DNA of 60,669 nt, filler included, from Globobulimina sp. (Eukaryota), in the NCBI GenBank assembly GCA_003354225.1. It is 16 parts of 16 records of this genome, joined end to end, with 100 filler letters (N's around TTAATTAATTAA, not from the genome) between each part and the next. Parts side by side here need not be neighbours in the genome. Positions count along the whole stretch, not along the records: positions 11,404 to 15,104 come from PIVH01002242.1; positions 15,205 to 18,904 come from PIVH01002243.1; positions 19,005 to 22,703 come from PIVH01002244.1; positions 22,804 to 26,501 come from PIVH01002245.1; 12 more parts are not named here. One strand, given 5' to 3'. Below the pieces are notes generated by a model. The model did no database searches, was not told the DNA's origin, and saw only the letters and a list, made by a program, of their open reading frames with translations. A program made the translations under genes and the position numbers. Below, one piece after another: positions 11,563 through 24,791 of the stretch. Each line of letters begins with the position of its first letter. Positions within the stretch are counted from its first letter, which is position 1.

Positions 11563-14167
11563 TCATTCATACACATAGTCTGCAAATTTTGTGCACACAA
11601 AGTACGTTTCGACTGTAAACACAAGAAAATCATTTGAATTCCATAAAAATTCTAAATATGGATAATACTCAATCCACTTATTCCGTGCAATTAATATGAC
11701 ACTATCTTGTCTGATCTGATAACAGCGCCATAAAACATCTTTATCTAAATATTCATCAATTATATTCTGTAACGAATCACTTCTTTTTACCCATATTATC
11801 AATGGTAATCCGATATAATTTATCTGGTTAATATTCTTCATTTTTATCTTCGTATTTAACCGGATTTTTTCAGTTTTATCATGCTTTACAAATTTGATTT
11901 TTACTTTAATTCTGCCGGATATCTCTGATGGGAATGGCTTGTCTCGCATGATAAATAAATTCAAATCTTTAATAGTTTTACCAAATACATTTTCATGCAA
12001 TAAATAACATTGTTTTACTTTTGAAGAATTATAAAATTCTCGTCCTGCAAATAAATATCGCATATTATCATTAAATACACGCTCAGACTTCTCCTCTTGT
12101 ATCATATCACAGTCGTTATCATCATTCATATCACAGCATAAATCCAATAAATGTTTATAAGCAGCATATAAAATATGATCTGTTCCTTTCAATATTGTTT
12201 CAAACAAATTATTTAATAAATCCATAAAGGTTCCATCAGATTTATATCTAATTGAAATTGTGACACTATTTTTCATGACCATGGTCCAATCAAATGGCAC
12301 TGGGCCTGTATTAGGTTTATGAACGGTGATCGATGTTATTTTGTCTGTTGTTGTAGAAAAAGATTCTGTGTCATATAATACTATACGGCAACGTAGATAA
12401 ATGGTACCAACATTAGCACGAATAGAAACTGGATCGTTTCCTTTCAGAGTGGTGCCGTTGTTCATCAATTCAACATGTTTTGGTTGAATAATATTATCAA
12501 AAAATCTGCATATTTTTCGCTTCAACCATATTGCTGGCGACTTATAATTCATTTTTGTTTCAAACTGCCAAGGCATCCAAGAAGTAATCCCATTGAGCCC
12601 AAATTTCTTATTATAATCTGTTTGAAATACAGCTCTTTCATCATCGTTAAATCGCGTTTGATAATAACTGGAAAAGCATGGCGGCAAAACATATCTATCC
12701 TCGATCGTAACAATAGTATCTCTCACATTTGAATGAAACTCATCTGCCAAATCTTCAAAATATTCTTCTTTCTCTTCGAAAGGACGTGAAAATTGCTTCA
12801 GGAATTAAAAAAAATTTAACATAATAACATGGATCGAGTATACGTATTTAATGCAAACATTATTTCAAGTGCCATTGTAAGATATAGGGATGCCTCATTT
12901 GTAGCGTCTAAAATATTATGACCAATTAACACAAATATATCTGACAATCACAGAATGCACACCCATAATTTGGAAATTCATCAAAATGAGTAAATACGCA
13001 TACAAAATAAATGTTATTATATTTATAAATTGCATTATTTTTAATTCATGCCCATACCACAAATGCATCTGCGCCATGAAGCTGAAAAGTATACAAATTT
13101 TGATCAAGCTTATCACCGCGAACATAGCCGACAAGATCTCTCACATATTGTGGTGGTTTAGATGTTTGCTCCCAAACTATTAATTTTTCATGATGCGTAC
13201 CAGAAATATCCATTTTGCTAAGAATATCACTAAGATTATGATACCACGAATCATCAACGTGTGTGTTAATATATTTATTTTCAATGTAATTATGAATATC
13301 ACCGAATGTGGTTCCCATCGGATTGTATAAAATAAATTGAACAATGTTTGAGGACTGCTTCATTACATCAAAATATTCCAATATCATCAATCTGTATTTC
13401 TTTATTTTATCCAATTTATCAATTTTAGGATCTAATTTCCTGACCATACATCCATTCAAAATAACCACATTTCTGTTATCAACAATCAAATACGAACCCT
13501 TTTGTACTTTGCATAGATTCCATTTGTTTATGTCAGTAATTGTGGGGAATAAACATCGAACAGAAGCGGGATTTGTGTTAATTGGAAATATCAACTGATT
13601 TTCTTCTGGAATTCCATATATTTTGTCCCATTCTTCTTGTATGCTATAAAATTTTGTACGCATTCTGTACCGACTTTGTTGCATATTTTTGATATTATTT
13701 TTAAAATCATTCTCCTTCAATCTGTAATAAAGCATGGTGGAGACTGTAACTTTAGTCATATGATCAAGGCATACAATGCCCATTTGTCTGGATGTTCGCT
13801 TAAAACACCCAACATCTGTTTTACTCAAATAATCACAAATATGGTCAATACATTCATTTGGTAGTGTTTCAAATGTTATATTTAATGGAATATCTTCTTC
13901 ATTGCAAGAATCCACTGCTTTCTCTTCCGACGTCAATGGAATATCTTTGTTCTTATTTGCTATTTTCTTTTCTTTAATGATATTATGCATAATGTTTAAA
14001 TTACTCATTTTTGAAGATTTTACAATGAACGATAACATATGTCTGGAACCACCAAATAATTTTACAATTATTTCGTTCAAGCATTCTTGAAATACATTTG
14101 CTTCAATCTCATGTAATAACTTATGTATTCGCAAAGATATTTGCAACGTTTGAAGATTAGTTGACAT
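11563..14167 (-). CDS. F-box protein with downstream ubiquitin-like segments resembling the USP7 C-terminus; probably one multi-exon gene, junction 12800-13057 not fully resolved
   Basis: F-box-like FETLPNECIDHICDYLSKTDVGCFKRTSRQMGIVC. GTATGG donor at 13057 and AG acceptor near 12798 link ORFs 13046-14215 and 11563-12750. Confidence 0.6.
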
Positions 14168-14517
14168 TGTTGATCTAGATGTCAGTACGTTTACTGTACT
14201 TAACTCTAGAATCATGACCCCTGCATCATTCGCGTTTGTATTATTAATCTGTTCACTCTACCGACCTCTTTGGGAGTACTCGTCGGTACTCAAGGTATTT
14301 TGATGCAGTCTTATTATTAAATTCTGATAGGTTTAGGGAAGCAGATAAAATGATAGCAACGTAATTGAAAAATTATGAAAACAATTACTTTTTTTAATTT
14401 CTATTTAATTGATTGATTCCAGAAATAGTAATACTTAAACTTTCCAGTTTCCAGCAGAAATTACACTTGTTCTGCAGTGTTTTATAAAACATTAACATAA
14501 CCTAATCATTTCTTATC

Positions 14518-15104
14518 ATGGGTGCAGAAGTAACCATCATCTGTGCTACTTTTCTGGCGAGTGAAGTAATTAAGCAATTAACAGATAAAGATAATGAGTT
14601 AGATAACTATAGACTTAATTATGAGCCTGCATTGAAATGCCCCAACAGTTTCGGTGGTAAATTATTAGATGGCGAACAAAAACATCTGGGAATTGCTTAC
14701 ACAATACAAAATTGTATGCAACTCGTAACTGCAAATTCTGAATCAAATATGGTTTACTACAATCCGTATACAACTAATTGTTTTTCTGTAAATGACAATA
14801 AACTCATTGAAATTGAAAAAAGCTACCACTTTCCGCAAGTCTGTGTATTGGATCAGACATATCCTCGACCTGCGTTTTTATCTAATTATACAAATCTAAT
14901 TAACATCGCAATAACTGGTAATTCCGGCGTTGGTAAGAGTACATTTATAAACACGGTGCGAAATATGAAACCGACTGACAATGGCGGCGCTGATGTGTCT
15001 CCAACCGAATGCACACGGGAACCAACCCCATATTCATTCAATTTGGATGGTGACGGATCAGAGAGACTTTTTTTTTGGGATTTGTCGGGTGCGGGAACCC
15101 CGAC
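14518..15104 (+). CDS. Immunity-related (IRG/IIGP p47-like) GTPase, 3' truncated
   Basis: INIAITGNSGVGKSTFINTVR (G1), A.VSPTECTREPTPY (G2 region) and FWDLSGAGTP (G3), with IRG-type spacing. Confidence 0.8.
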
Positions 15105-15244
15105 NNNNNNNNNNNNNNNNNNNNNNNNNNNNNNNNNNNNNNNNNNNNTTAATTAATTAANNNNNNNNNNNNNNNNNNNNNNNNNNNNNNNNNNNNNNNN
15201 NNNNATGATTGTTCTGTTTTGTTTTAACAAATTCAGCAAAAACA

Positions 15245-15937
15245 CTAAAACACACTCCAGGCTTGATTGCACTCTCTCTTTATCGCAGATTGAATAACAG
15301 AGATTTTATGTAATCCAATATTTTGCATTTCATCTAAAACCTGAATGGCATACTTTGATGGAATATTCATTAATAAATCAATAACCTGATCACCGACTGG
15401 CTTATCTCCAGCATTACGAACAAATTTCTCCAAACGTATTAAAATCGCTTCCTTTGCAAACTCATTGTTATCTTTATGACATTCATTTATTTTGAATGTG
15501 AGTTTCTTTTCTATGTTCTTTGATATAATGCGGATATTTTATTTCTTGTTGTTTTTGTAGATTATTTTGATTGTTTGTATGCAATTTACATTCCGATGCG
15601 ATGCTTAATCATCAGGTTTCAACAGTTTAGTATGTCAATATGCATATTACAATCTACTTTGTCTAATTCCTTCCCGCCGTGCAATTTTGGACAATTTGAT
15701 TTATTCCAACAGACTCTTCTTCTTCAGCACGTAAATAATAATTGGCGGGTTACGATTCGTTAAAATTATCAATATATTCATGTGCTGGTTTACTCCATCG
15801 CTTGTTTTTTGTGCCTCTGCAATATTATTATTATCGGAGCCCGAATCATTATGATTAATTAAATCGGGGTGTTTGTCAAATCTGGCATCATTACTAAAAT
15901 CGTTTTCAGAATCCGGGTCGGAGATGTTTTGATCCAA
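15245..15937 (-). pseudogene. Fragmented coding-like sequence, probably a decayed gene
   Basis: Two short protein-like ORFs (15701-15937 and 15245-15433) separated by stop-ridden sequence that I could not join by splicing. Confidence 0.3.
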
Positions 15938-16245
15938 ATGTTACCAAAATTAAGTTTATTTAATCCACGCGCACGATGGCCGCACTTATTATGCGATTGC
16001 ACATTTGTAAAGATTTTATGTCGGTTTTTTTAAGATACGGTATTAAAGATAAAATCGGTAATAATCTAACTTGGGCATTGATATATGGGTCGTTTAATAA
16101 AATATTATGCACTACAAATAATTTAGCATCTTCAGCGGCAACATGTGTATTTTACAAGTTAATAAACACCAGAAACATTTATACAGATCGATAAAATTAT
16201 TCCACTCAGCAAAAACACTAAAACACACTTACAAAGAAAAAGCAA

Positions 16246-17877
16246 TTATTTTTTTGTGTCTGTGATTGATATGGTCATAATCGCAGCAAACACGGCCAAA
16301 ATAGCTTTATTTTCCATAGTACACAAATGCGAAGAAGTAACAAATAATTCGCCACCAAGTCGCCGGATCAACGTCAAAACAAGTCTGGCATTTCCCAATC
16401 TATCTTTTTTCTGTTTGTCCATCACTTTGTTATTTACCAATGGCTTAACATTGTAATTACATAATAACAAATCGACGCAATCCGTTTTCACCGCTTTCAA
16501 TAATTCAATATAAAAAATGCACGTCGATAACACCCTATCCTTAAAAGACATAATTGCTTTTGACTGCGCATCCGCACAGTCATTGATTTTCAAGTTCACC
16601 CATTGCAATATGTCATTGTCGCTCACTGCTTTTTGTTTTTTATTGCTTCCCGACGAAGACACCGTATTTTTGAATAGCAACAAACTTAATTCCCTCGTTT
16701 GATAATATCGCATTAACTGCGACAACAATGAAATGATAAACTTCTGGTTCAAATCCACAATGTCAGAGCCAGCCATACCAACCAACGAAAAACCTAATTC
16801 ATTCTCACATATTTTCATCACCATATTGCAGTTATTCACACTGTCAAATTTATGCCGTATTTTTTTACGCACATTTCGCCATAAAACACAGTCTGGCTTC
16901 GATTTATTAATCAATTTCAACAAAATATAGCCAGAACTTAAGTCTTTTAATAAATTTATGATAGTTATATTGGGCGACAACGCCGTATTTATCCATCTCG
17001 TAAACCTATCAATGTCTGACCGTGATTTCGACGAAGAGCCTTTTAATAAAATCTTATATTCCGCTTTTTCAGCATCTGATAATTTGTCCAATGTCGACGG
17101 CGAATATTCAAATAAATCCGCGGTGAATAAATCTTGTAATTTCATATTATTATTACACAAATCCATGCATTCCACATTGCTGATATTGGCATATTTATTT
17201 ATTAGTAACTCCGCTGCGGAAATATTAAACTCTTCGATTTCATTTTCATTTTCATTTTCATTTTGCATCATGGCGGCAAATAATTCGTTGTTATAATTTT
17301 CGTGTTTAATTTCGCCTAAAACGGCTTTATTATTTACGTAATTTATCCATCGATGCAACCATTGCTGGCCGGTTACTTTACGTAATTCGTCAGCGTCTTC
17401 TTCATTATTTTTGACAATGCGCACCAACTCTTTATGTTTACGCAAACATATTCTGTCATTGATATATTTCACACTCAATGCGTTTATCAAATCAATCACA
17501 TATTGGCACCAATTCTGTGCATCGACACATTCAGAAAACTCATATGATTGCAACTGAATACCTAAGGATTGGGCGCAAGATATAATTAATTGCGTATTGT
17601 CACAGACACAGTCATCGTTGATAGGGAATGGATTGAAAGCATTTGGGACATGGACTACGCGCTCATCAATGTAATCGCTTTTGATTTTATTTATAAGTTT
17701 ACAAAGTATCACACCGTCATAGAAGCTCGCAATTATATTGTGTTTGTTTGGTTGATTATCTTCGTCCATCACACATGGAATCGGAAAATACAAACTTGTA
17801 ATCACATCGTTCTCCTCTTCTTCTTTCTCGTCAGCAATGTATAGCAAACGAGTTAAATACATTGCTGCTTCATACAA
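16246..17877 (-). CDS. Fimbrin/plastin-like actin-bundling protein (tandem CH domains); start uncertain
   Basis: DGVILCKLINKIK..IDER, WLHRWINY, FTRWINT..LLKDLSSGYILLKL, FSLVGMAGSDIVDLNQKFIISLLSQLMRY, DNDILQWVN..SFKD, NARLVLTLIRRLG. Confidence 0.9.
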   Translation of the reverse strand: MYEAAMYLTRLLYIADEKEEEENDVITSLYFPIPCVMDEDNQPNKHNIIASFYDGVILCKLINKIKSDYIDERVVHVPNAFNPFPINDDCVCDNTQLIISCAQSLGIQLQSYEFSECVDAQNWCQYVIDLINALSVKYINDRICLRKHKELVRIVKNNEEDADELRKVTGQQWLHRWINYVNNKAVLGEIKHENYNNELFAAMMQNENENENEIEEFNISAAELLINKYANISNVECMDLCNNNMKLQDLFTADLFEYSPSTLDKLSDAEKAEYKILLKGSSSKSRSDIDRFTRWINTALSPNITIINLLKDLSSGYILLKLINKSKPDCVLWRNVRKKIRHKFDSVNNCNMVMKICENELGFSLVGMAGSDIVDLNQKFIISLLSQLMRYYQTRELSLLLFKNTVSSSGSNKKQKAVSDNDILQWVNLKINDCADAQSKAIMSFKDRVLSTCIFYIELLKAVKTDCVDLLLCNYNVKPLVNNKVMDKQKKDRLGNARLVLTLIRRLGGELFVTSSHLCTMENKAILAVFAAIMTISITDTKK

Positions 17878-18056
17878 CTCACCGCATTGCTGCTTTATAT
17901 GTTATTTTGTTGATTATAAGTTATGATGGACGTTGACAAAGAAAGCTTTCGCAGACATGATTAAAAGATATGCCATGAACATTCAAAAAAAACTTTGAGT
18001 TCATGCTCAATGTCCATGGCATCTTCCCTGGCAATTGCAAATGTATGATTACATAT

Positions 18057-18904
18057 TTATACCTGTTCATCCACAGTTATTTCATCAATGGTATCATTTC
18101 TATTTTCATCCTTATCCAACCACCACTCTTTCATCTCAAATTCAAACGCATCCTCCATCTCTTGTTTGCTTTCAGCGTCCTCCTCCCTCACATCACTCAC
18201 TTTAAACCCCGTCATACTGCACACCAAACCAAGTATATTATCCTTCCAATCCTTATCATTCTCCACAGCCTCCACATCATACGTATTCTGCTTATGATTA
18301 TATTCATGGCGATCCACTATGGACCCAACCAGCGAATTAAAATTATTCCGCAAATTCTTCAGATCAATTTTGGTCGATTTAGATACATTATATATCTCAA
18401 TCAACTTCAATAAATCCGCAATTCGCCCATTCAGTTCATCCGAATTATACTGATTCTGTTTTCTATTCAATACATATTCTTTATTCTCCTTAATTAATCG
18501 CATCAAATCTTCCTCCCACACCACATTATTCCCACTCACATTCTCCACCAAATCTGCTCCATTCCCATCCTGCTTATCCTCTTCGCTCTGCGTAGTGTCT
18601 ATAATCTGTTTAATTTTCTCCATACTCATCACATGTCTTTTCCTCACGCTCTCCAATATATTATCACTCTCTTCCTGCGGCTCCGAATCAGCCTCATTCA
18701 ATTTCCGCACACATTGCAAGTCCGCCTCTCGTAATCTCATCTCAGTCATTAACTCGTGGCATAAAACCAATTCGTTCCCATCCATCTCCGTCTCACGCAC
18801 GTCCTGCATAGCAAACGCATTCATTTTGATTTGGCTCAACTCTGTAAACAGCAGCTTCCATTCCTGGTTCTCTTCGTGTTCTATAATCTCATCCAGCAAT
18901 GCTG
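18057..18904 (-). CDS. Acidic coiled-coil hypothetical protein, 5' truncated; may or may not splice to the fimbrin ORF
   Basis: 280-codon E/D-rich ORF running off the contig edge. It ends CAG|GTATAA, but no clean in-phase acceptor was found. Confidence 0.6.
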
Positions 18905-19010
18905 NNNNNNNNNNNNNNNNNNNNNNNNNNNNNNNNNNNNNNNNNNNNTTAATTAATTAANNNNNNNNNNNNNNNNNNNNNNNNNNNNNNNNNNNNNNNN
19001 NNNNGCAAAC

Positions 19011-21428
19011 TTAACTCGCAGCAAATAATTGCAAACTTTCTAAGGATTTCTTCCATTCCGAGCTCTGTTTACATTTAGAATTTAAGCGTTGATACATGAC
19101 ATTGTCCGCGCCTTTGCAATATAGCTTCATTTTATTATCGCGCGGATCTAAGACAATAACGCTCATTCTCTTCCTCGCCGACGTGAATTCCAACATATTA
19201 TACACATCAAATTGGAACTTATCGCCAAATATATTCAAATAAAATCGATGCCCATCAATGTGCCCTCCATCGTAGCCAATAAACTCCAAAATCTGTACAT
19301 GTCCATCGTAAAAGTAATAGTGCATGTTTTTCGCCAATAAAACCAGAGCTTTCTCGTCCGGCGACGAAGCGTTGTAAATGCATTCTAAATTATTGGCGCG
19401 GCCCTTGGGATATTCAGGAATTATGCTGTGACAAACTGACAATAACGTTAAAAACTCGTTGATTGTGTTGTTTTTACGACAGCGGTGTGCTAAGCGATTA
19501 TCTGTAAATAGACACTTCTTCTCATTAAACGGAGGCAAATCGGCCGAGGGCAGTTCGATTCTTTCAATATAATCGTGCTGCTTTTCCATTTCTTGCGGGC
19601 CATATCTGACTCCATCCACATGGCACTTCAAAAAAGCCATTTTATTTTCTGTCAAAGTGCCCGTTTTGTCACTAAATATAAATGAAACTTGGCCCAACTC
19701 TTCTTTTAAATTACTGGTCCGGGCCTGTGCTGCGACTTTGGTTGTTTTCTTATTATCTAAATCTTCCTCATCGTGCACGATGTTAACCATCTCTTTGTCG
19801 AACGTAATCAAAGCGGCCTGCGTTATCTTCACCATTTCCATACTGACATATAACGAAATGGGCACAAATAAATCTAATAATACTAAAAATGTAAAATAAT
19901 TCAATGCAGCGAGCTCGCCGTAATTATTTTGCGGACTGCCGTCCGATTTTACATATTGATACCATTGGTCGTCGGCTTCTGAATTCAACCAAATTAAATG
20001 ACTAAAAATGCCAAATAAACATAGGATTTGTTGCATGCCGAAGATAAAATATAATACTTTATCCACAATGACATCCACCTAATTATATATTATATTATTC
20101 CTCACAAAACTGCCGAAATTATACTTGTTTACAATCAATGAATACATACAAAACGAGATAAAAAATATTGACGTAAACAAGTATAACCAGCAAACAACAA
20201 AAGTTTTTGCGTGGAATATACGCAAAATCGCAACAAAAACAATATAACATACATTGGAACGTTTAAATTTACTTTCTTTATTATTCAAAGATATCTTGGT
20301 CTCAACGCCGGTAAACACAATAATGCCAATAATCCAATCTGTATTCCTCAAGGAACAGCCACGTAAAATGAACTGATTCATCCCCACCGCAATGGCCTCA
20401 TCATCGCCATCAAAGTACAACGCTCCAACCCATTTACTAATATTTTCGTGCGGATGCTCCGATTCTAACTTAAATTGCAAGCCCTTATTAAACGGATACA
20501 GATCGCCGCTCGCATCGCACGGCAACGAGTACGTGGCGCCCACCGCCTGTTTGATTTTCAAATTGGTCTCGCCGTCCAAGTTGGCGGTCTCTATGTTGCA
20601 GAGGCCCTGGTTTGTGGACGATTGCAGCAACAATATATCCGCAGGGAAGGCTCGCCCCTCTTTGGTGATACGCACCATGTCTCCCACTTCGATGTCTTCC
20701 CACGACAACTGCTTAAAGCGCCAGTTCTTGCCATCCTCGTCGGGCCGACACACATCGACGCGCCGATTGTTGATCTCCTTATCCATCTCATACCGCTTGT
20801 AATCTTCGTACGCTTCCTTCACCGCAGAACACGCCAACACGATGGTTAACGGCGTCACGCTGAACACGGGCGATTTGGGCGACAAATCCGTGAAAGCTAA
20901 GATGGCGATGATGAGGAAGTAAAAATTGGCCTTTTTGCGAAATTGCTCCAATAAGTTGACGGGTAGGAAAGTGAGCAATGTGTATTTCGTAGTCGATATG
21001 TAATTGCTGACGAAGTTGTTGCCGGTTTGCTTGAGTTCGGCATTTGTGGCGTAATCAAGAGACTCGATGTGTGGCGCTCGGACTGTGGTATTATTCTCGT
21101 GAATGGGATTGTTTTTGATGTCGTAGGCTGGCCCCCAATATACGTAGCGTTTGGGAGGTCTTTTATGTTCGTTTTCGTCGTTTTCGTACTCGTTTTCATC
21201 ATCGTTTTGTGCGCAGAAACCACATTTTTGCAAATTGAGTGTGAAATATTCGTGTAAATCTTGCATTTTTCCGGCCAAATCCCAGCTAGATTTGAGTAAT
21301 ACGTTAGGTCTATGTCGAGCGGATTTATCTACAAAGGATACAAAAATATCATCGAAATCTGCCTTTTCTTCCTCTTCCTCATCGAGCAGATCAGGCGCAT
21401 CGTCACGTTCATGTTTTTCTTCATCCAT
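19011..21428 (-). CDS. P4-type ATPase (phospholipid flippase); intron 20079-20252; 3' truncated
   Basis: SNYISTTKYTLLTFLP, IETANLDGETNLK, ILRGCSLRNT, VPISLYVSMEMVK, FSDKTGTLTEN, ASSPDEKALV, LEFTSARKRMSV, YCKGAD. Confidence 0.96.
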
Positions 21429-21867
21429 ATTGATGTTGGATTGAATCGATCGATGAGGGACGGACTTAGCACGACGGTATGATGTTTAGTGGAATTTACA
21501 GAGTTTTGGCATGAACATTTTGAGACAATTTCGCGAGACTCTATCCACAACGCATTGGTTGAATGACATACATATTGTAATCATCGTCGGTGCAAACTCC
21601 CGTGATTGAATTCGACGTAATAACATATCGTGTGCGCCACCACAAAGCACGCAGATAGCCATCGGTGCGGAGGATGGCGGCACGAACAATATTTTGTGGG
21701 AAACTCTCCGTTGTCGACTTGTCGCGATTAGATTCACCAACCGGTGTTTGACTGTTACGATATGGTCAATATTGCACATAAGCTTAAATAAATCTTTTTA
21801 TTCATTGATCGAATACAATTAAAGATTTATTATTATGCACACTATACGTAATTATATTATTTGAATA

Positions 21868-22703
21868 TTACAAATGTGATAACAAATAAATAGGACAAAC
21901 ACTCAATTGAGCAGAAACGCAAATGTTATCATTTTGTGTGATATTCAAATCTACTTTGAATGCAAACAAAACATTTGCATTTTTTATACAACTTTCTGAT
22001 ATTTCTACATCACTCATCATTGTTAAATCCAACAATTCAATTTCAAATTGACCTAATTCTAAGAATTTCTTGTATTTGATATTGGCACCAAATGCAGTTA
22101 AATGACACTGATCATATTTCCTCAATGTTTCTGCATTCTTATTTTTTAAAATAAATTTTGTAAACTTTGATTTATTACAACTCCGAACCAATAAATAAAT
22201 AAACTGCATACAACATTGTGTGACATGATTACTATTAATATGGTCTCCGGAACCTTCATTCCATGGATGTGAATCGAATCCATTTTCTAAAGATATCAAA
22301 CCATCTGAATATACAATATCATCTTCATCACATTTCTTCACTTTTAATTCAGATAAAAATGAACATATTGCGTTACAATCACCAATCATTGATGGAGCAG
22401 CAAATTTAAATTGTTCAACAGATAATGATTTGGATAAAACCAATTCTTTGGAGGTATTTCTCAATTTGTCGATTGATGCACTTTTATTTAAGTTCATTAT
22501 AATTACAGTTGTAATTATATGTGATAACAATGACAATTTTCCATATTGCTTCCGATATAAATAAATATGACATTGAACAATAACATGTGATTTGTTTACT
22601 TGTTGTGACATGGCTGGCATCCATTGAAGCACTGCAAAATTTGGATGAGAGGCACTTAGTGAATACAGTTTAGTTTGTGATTGAATCAATGCTCTCATTG
22701 TTG
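21868..22703 (-). CDS. Hypothetical protein, 5' end uncertain
   Basis: 276-codon ORF with no recognised motif. Confidence 0.5.
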
Positions 22704-22805
22704 NNNNNNNNNNNNNNNNNNNNNNNNNNNNNNNNNNNNNNNNNNNNTTAATTAATTAANNNNNNNNNNNNNNNNNNNNNNNNNNNNNNNNNNNNNNNNN
22801 NNNTT

Positions 22806-23189
22806 GATAAATCGCTTGATGGTCGTCAATCTGATCATAAATCATTTTTATGTTTAATTAGAACACAATTTAAAAATGCAGTATCATCAAAAATATGTCC
22901 TTTTACAAAGGGTGGTAAGGGACATAATGGTGAGTATGGTCCATACAGTCATGGAAACTATGGTCCATGTTTTGGTCATTCATTTGATGTTGGAATATTT
23001 GTAAGATCAAATGACAATACTTATGTTAATCATACAGTTTATTCAAATTATCCAGATGTTTCTGGGAATGAGTTATGTGGTGGAAATCAACTTGTCTTGG
23101 ATAATACTGATAAAATATCGCAAAGAAAACCTCAAAAACACGAGTTTAAAATAAAACGTATAGAGACATATAAAATTGATATTAAGTGA
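22806..23189 (+). CDS. C-terminal part of a TLDc-domain protein (5' truncated; not in the ORF track)
   Basis: Open frame reading DHKSFLCLIR...YGPCFGHSFDVGI...GNELCGGN...FKIKRIETYKIDIK*, which fits the TLDc C-terminal pattern. Confidence 0.75.
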   Translation, partial: DKSLDGRQSDHKSFLCLIRTQFKNAVSSKICPFTKGGKGHNGEYGPYSHGNYGPCFGHSFDVGIFVRSNDNTYVNHTVYSNYPDVSGNELCGGNQLVLDNTDKISQRKPQKHEFKIKRIETYKIDIK

Positions 23190-23449
23190 GTAAATAGTAA
23201 AATAATATAAGCAATATCAAGCTGCAAAACCTTTAATGGTTGTCAAAATGACAACTTGAACTGAACCTTTCCGAGTTTCCGATGCATGCTGTTTTTAGGA
23301 TTCTAAATGTCCTCTAAATATCTCATTAGATAACCCTATGGAAACGGTTTGCTATATGTCATAGATATTAATGGTAAAGATATAAATGTAAATTAAGATA
23401 TAAATAAATAAATATATATCAGGGAAATTATTTGCTCATTTTTTATATT

Positions 23450-24608
23450 TTAATCTGTCTCATGTTTTTGTTCTTCCTCTTCGGAATTATCATTTACATC
23501 ATCCTCAATCAATTTAATCATAGTCTTTCCATGAGCTTTTCGTGACTGTGACTTTTTATAACACTCCAAATAATTTCCCAATTTATACGGTGAATCCTCA
23601 TCAATGACAATCTTAACTTTACCGGTCATAACCCATTGCAATGCAGTTTCTATATCTTTTGATCTCGCCTGATTCACCATAAAATATTCATGTTCACCCA
23701 TTGCAGCCCAAAACTTTCTATTTAAAACGCCACACATTACACTACAGATACTACAGACAGTCATCACTTCATCACCGAAATCACCAGCAACAGTCACATA
23801 TTTACCTTTTGCTTTTAGAACATTATATTCTCGACAATCATCCCATGATTGTACTCCACCCATTACATCCAATACAAAATCGAAGTTTGCATCTTTTAAT
23901 TCTTTTTTCCATTCTTTCTCTTTATAATTAATCACTGTGTCTGCACCCAATGCGGTACATATATCCTGTCTCGATGCTATGACTGTTATCTGTGATGAAT
24001 TAAACACATTCTTTGCAATCTGTATCGCATGCATTCCAATGACAGTCGTACCACCAATTATTAATATACTTTGCTTCGACATAAATGGACCATAATTAAC
24101 TAATGATTGGTAAGCGGTTTCCAATGAGCATTGCATAGCTGCTGCTTCTAATAAATTAAATGGAGCGGCTTTGGGGATTCTATAAATCTCTTTATGTGTT
24201 TCGGAGACAATTATATATTGCGCTGATGTACCTTTTCCGAGAAGGACTTGCCCAAAAACAAAATCACCAATTTTAAAATTGTTTACATTTTTACCAGTTT
24301 TAACCACTTTACCTGAATAATCCTGGCCAGGTGCTTTGTGGTAGTGTGCAAAAACAAAAAATATATTAAACACACATTGGGAGTAATACTAAACTGTATG
24401 GTGGTTTGAAGCCTAACATCGAAGCCATTCCGCCAAGATCACCGGAAGAACATTTCCAATCACCAATATGGATGGCAGCATAATATACTTGAACCATAAT
24501 TTCTGCACTGTCTTCATTTAATACTGGGATTGGGAGGTCTGTGGATAATTTGATTACTTTTGAAGCTTCACCAAATGCTGTGACTACCAGTCCTTTCATT
24601 GTTGACAT
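23450..24608 (-). CDS. Medium-chain dehydrogenase/reductase (quinone oxidoreductase / RTN4IP1-like); intron 24334-24394
   Basis: VQVYYAAIHIGDWK, spliced KPPYT-PGQDYSGKV, ILIIGGTTVIGMHAIQIAK, LGADTVINY, KAHGK. Confidence 0.9.
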
Positions 24609-24791
24609 GTTGCAATTGTTTTTAAAGACTATAGCTACAAAAGTGTTTTTATTTCCACAAAAACTAGTCCAATGGACTGAATTATCACTATAAACATGGT
24701 TATAAATTATAATTAAACTTTTTTCATTTATTAATTAAAAAAAAAACAGAGTGAGAGTGTTGACAGGTCTTAAAGATAAGTTGCATTGTGG

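Noticed and set aside
14259..14291. Overlapping small hairpins in a divergent intergenic region
   Set aside because: Stems of 6-7 bp only, with no supporting context.
17878..18062. Splicing the acidic coiled-coil ORF onto fimbrin to make one giant protein
   Set aside because: The donor is phase 0 and the good YAG/AAG acceptors need phase 2; not supportable without transcripts.
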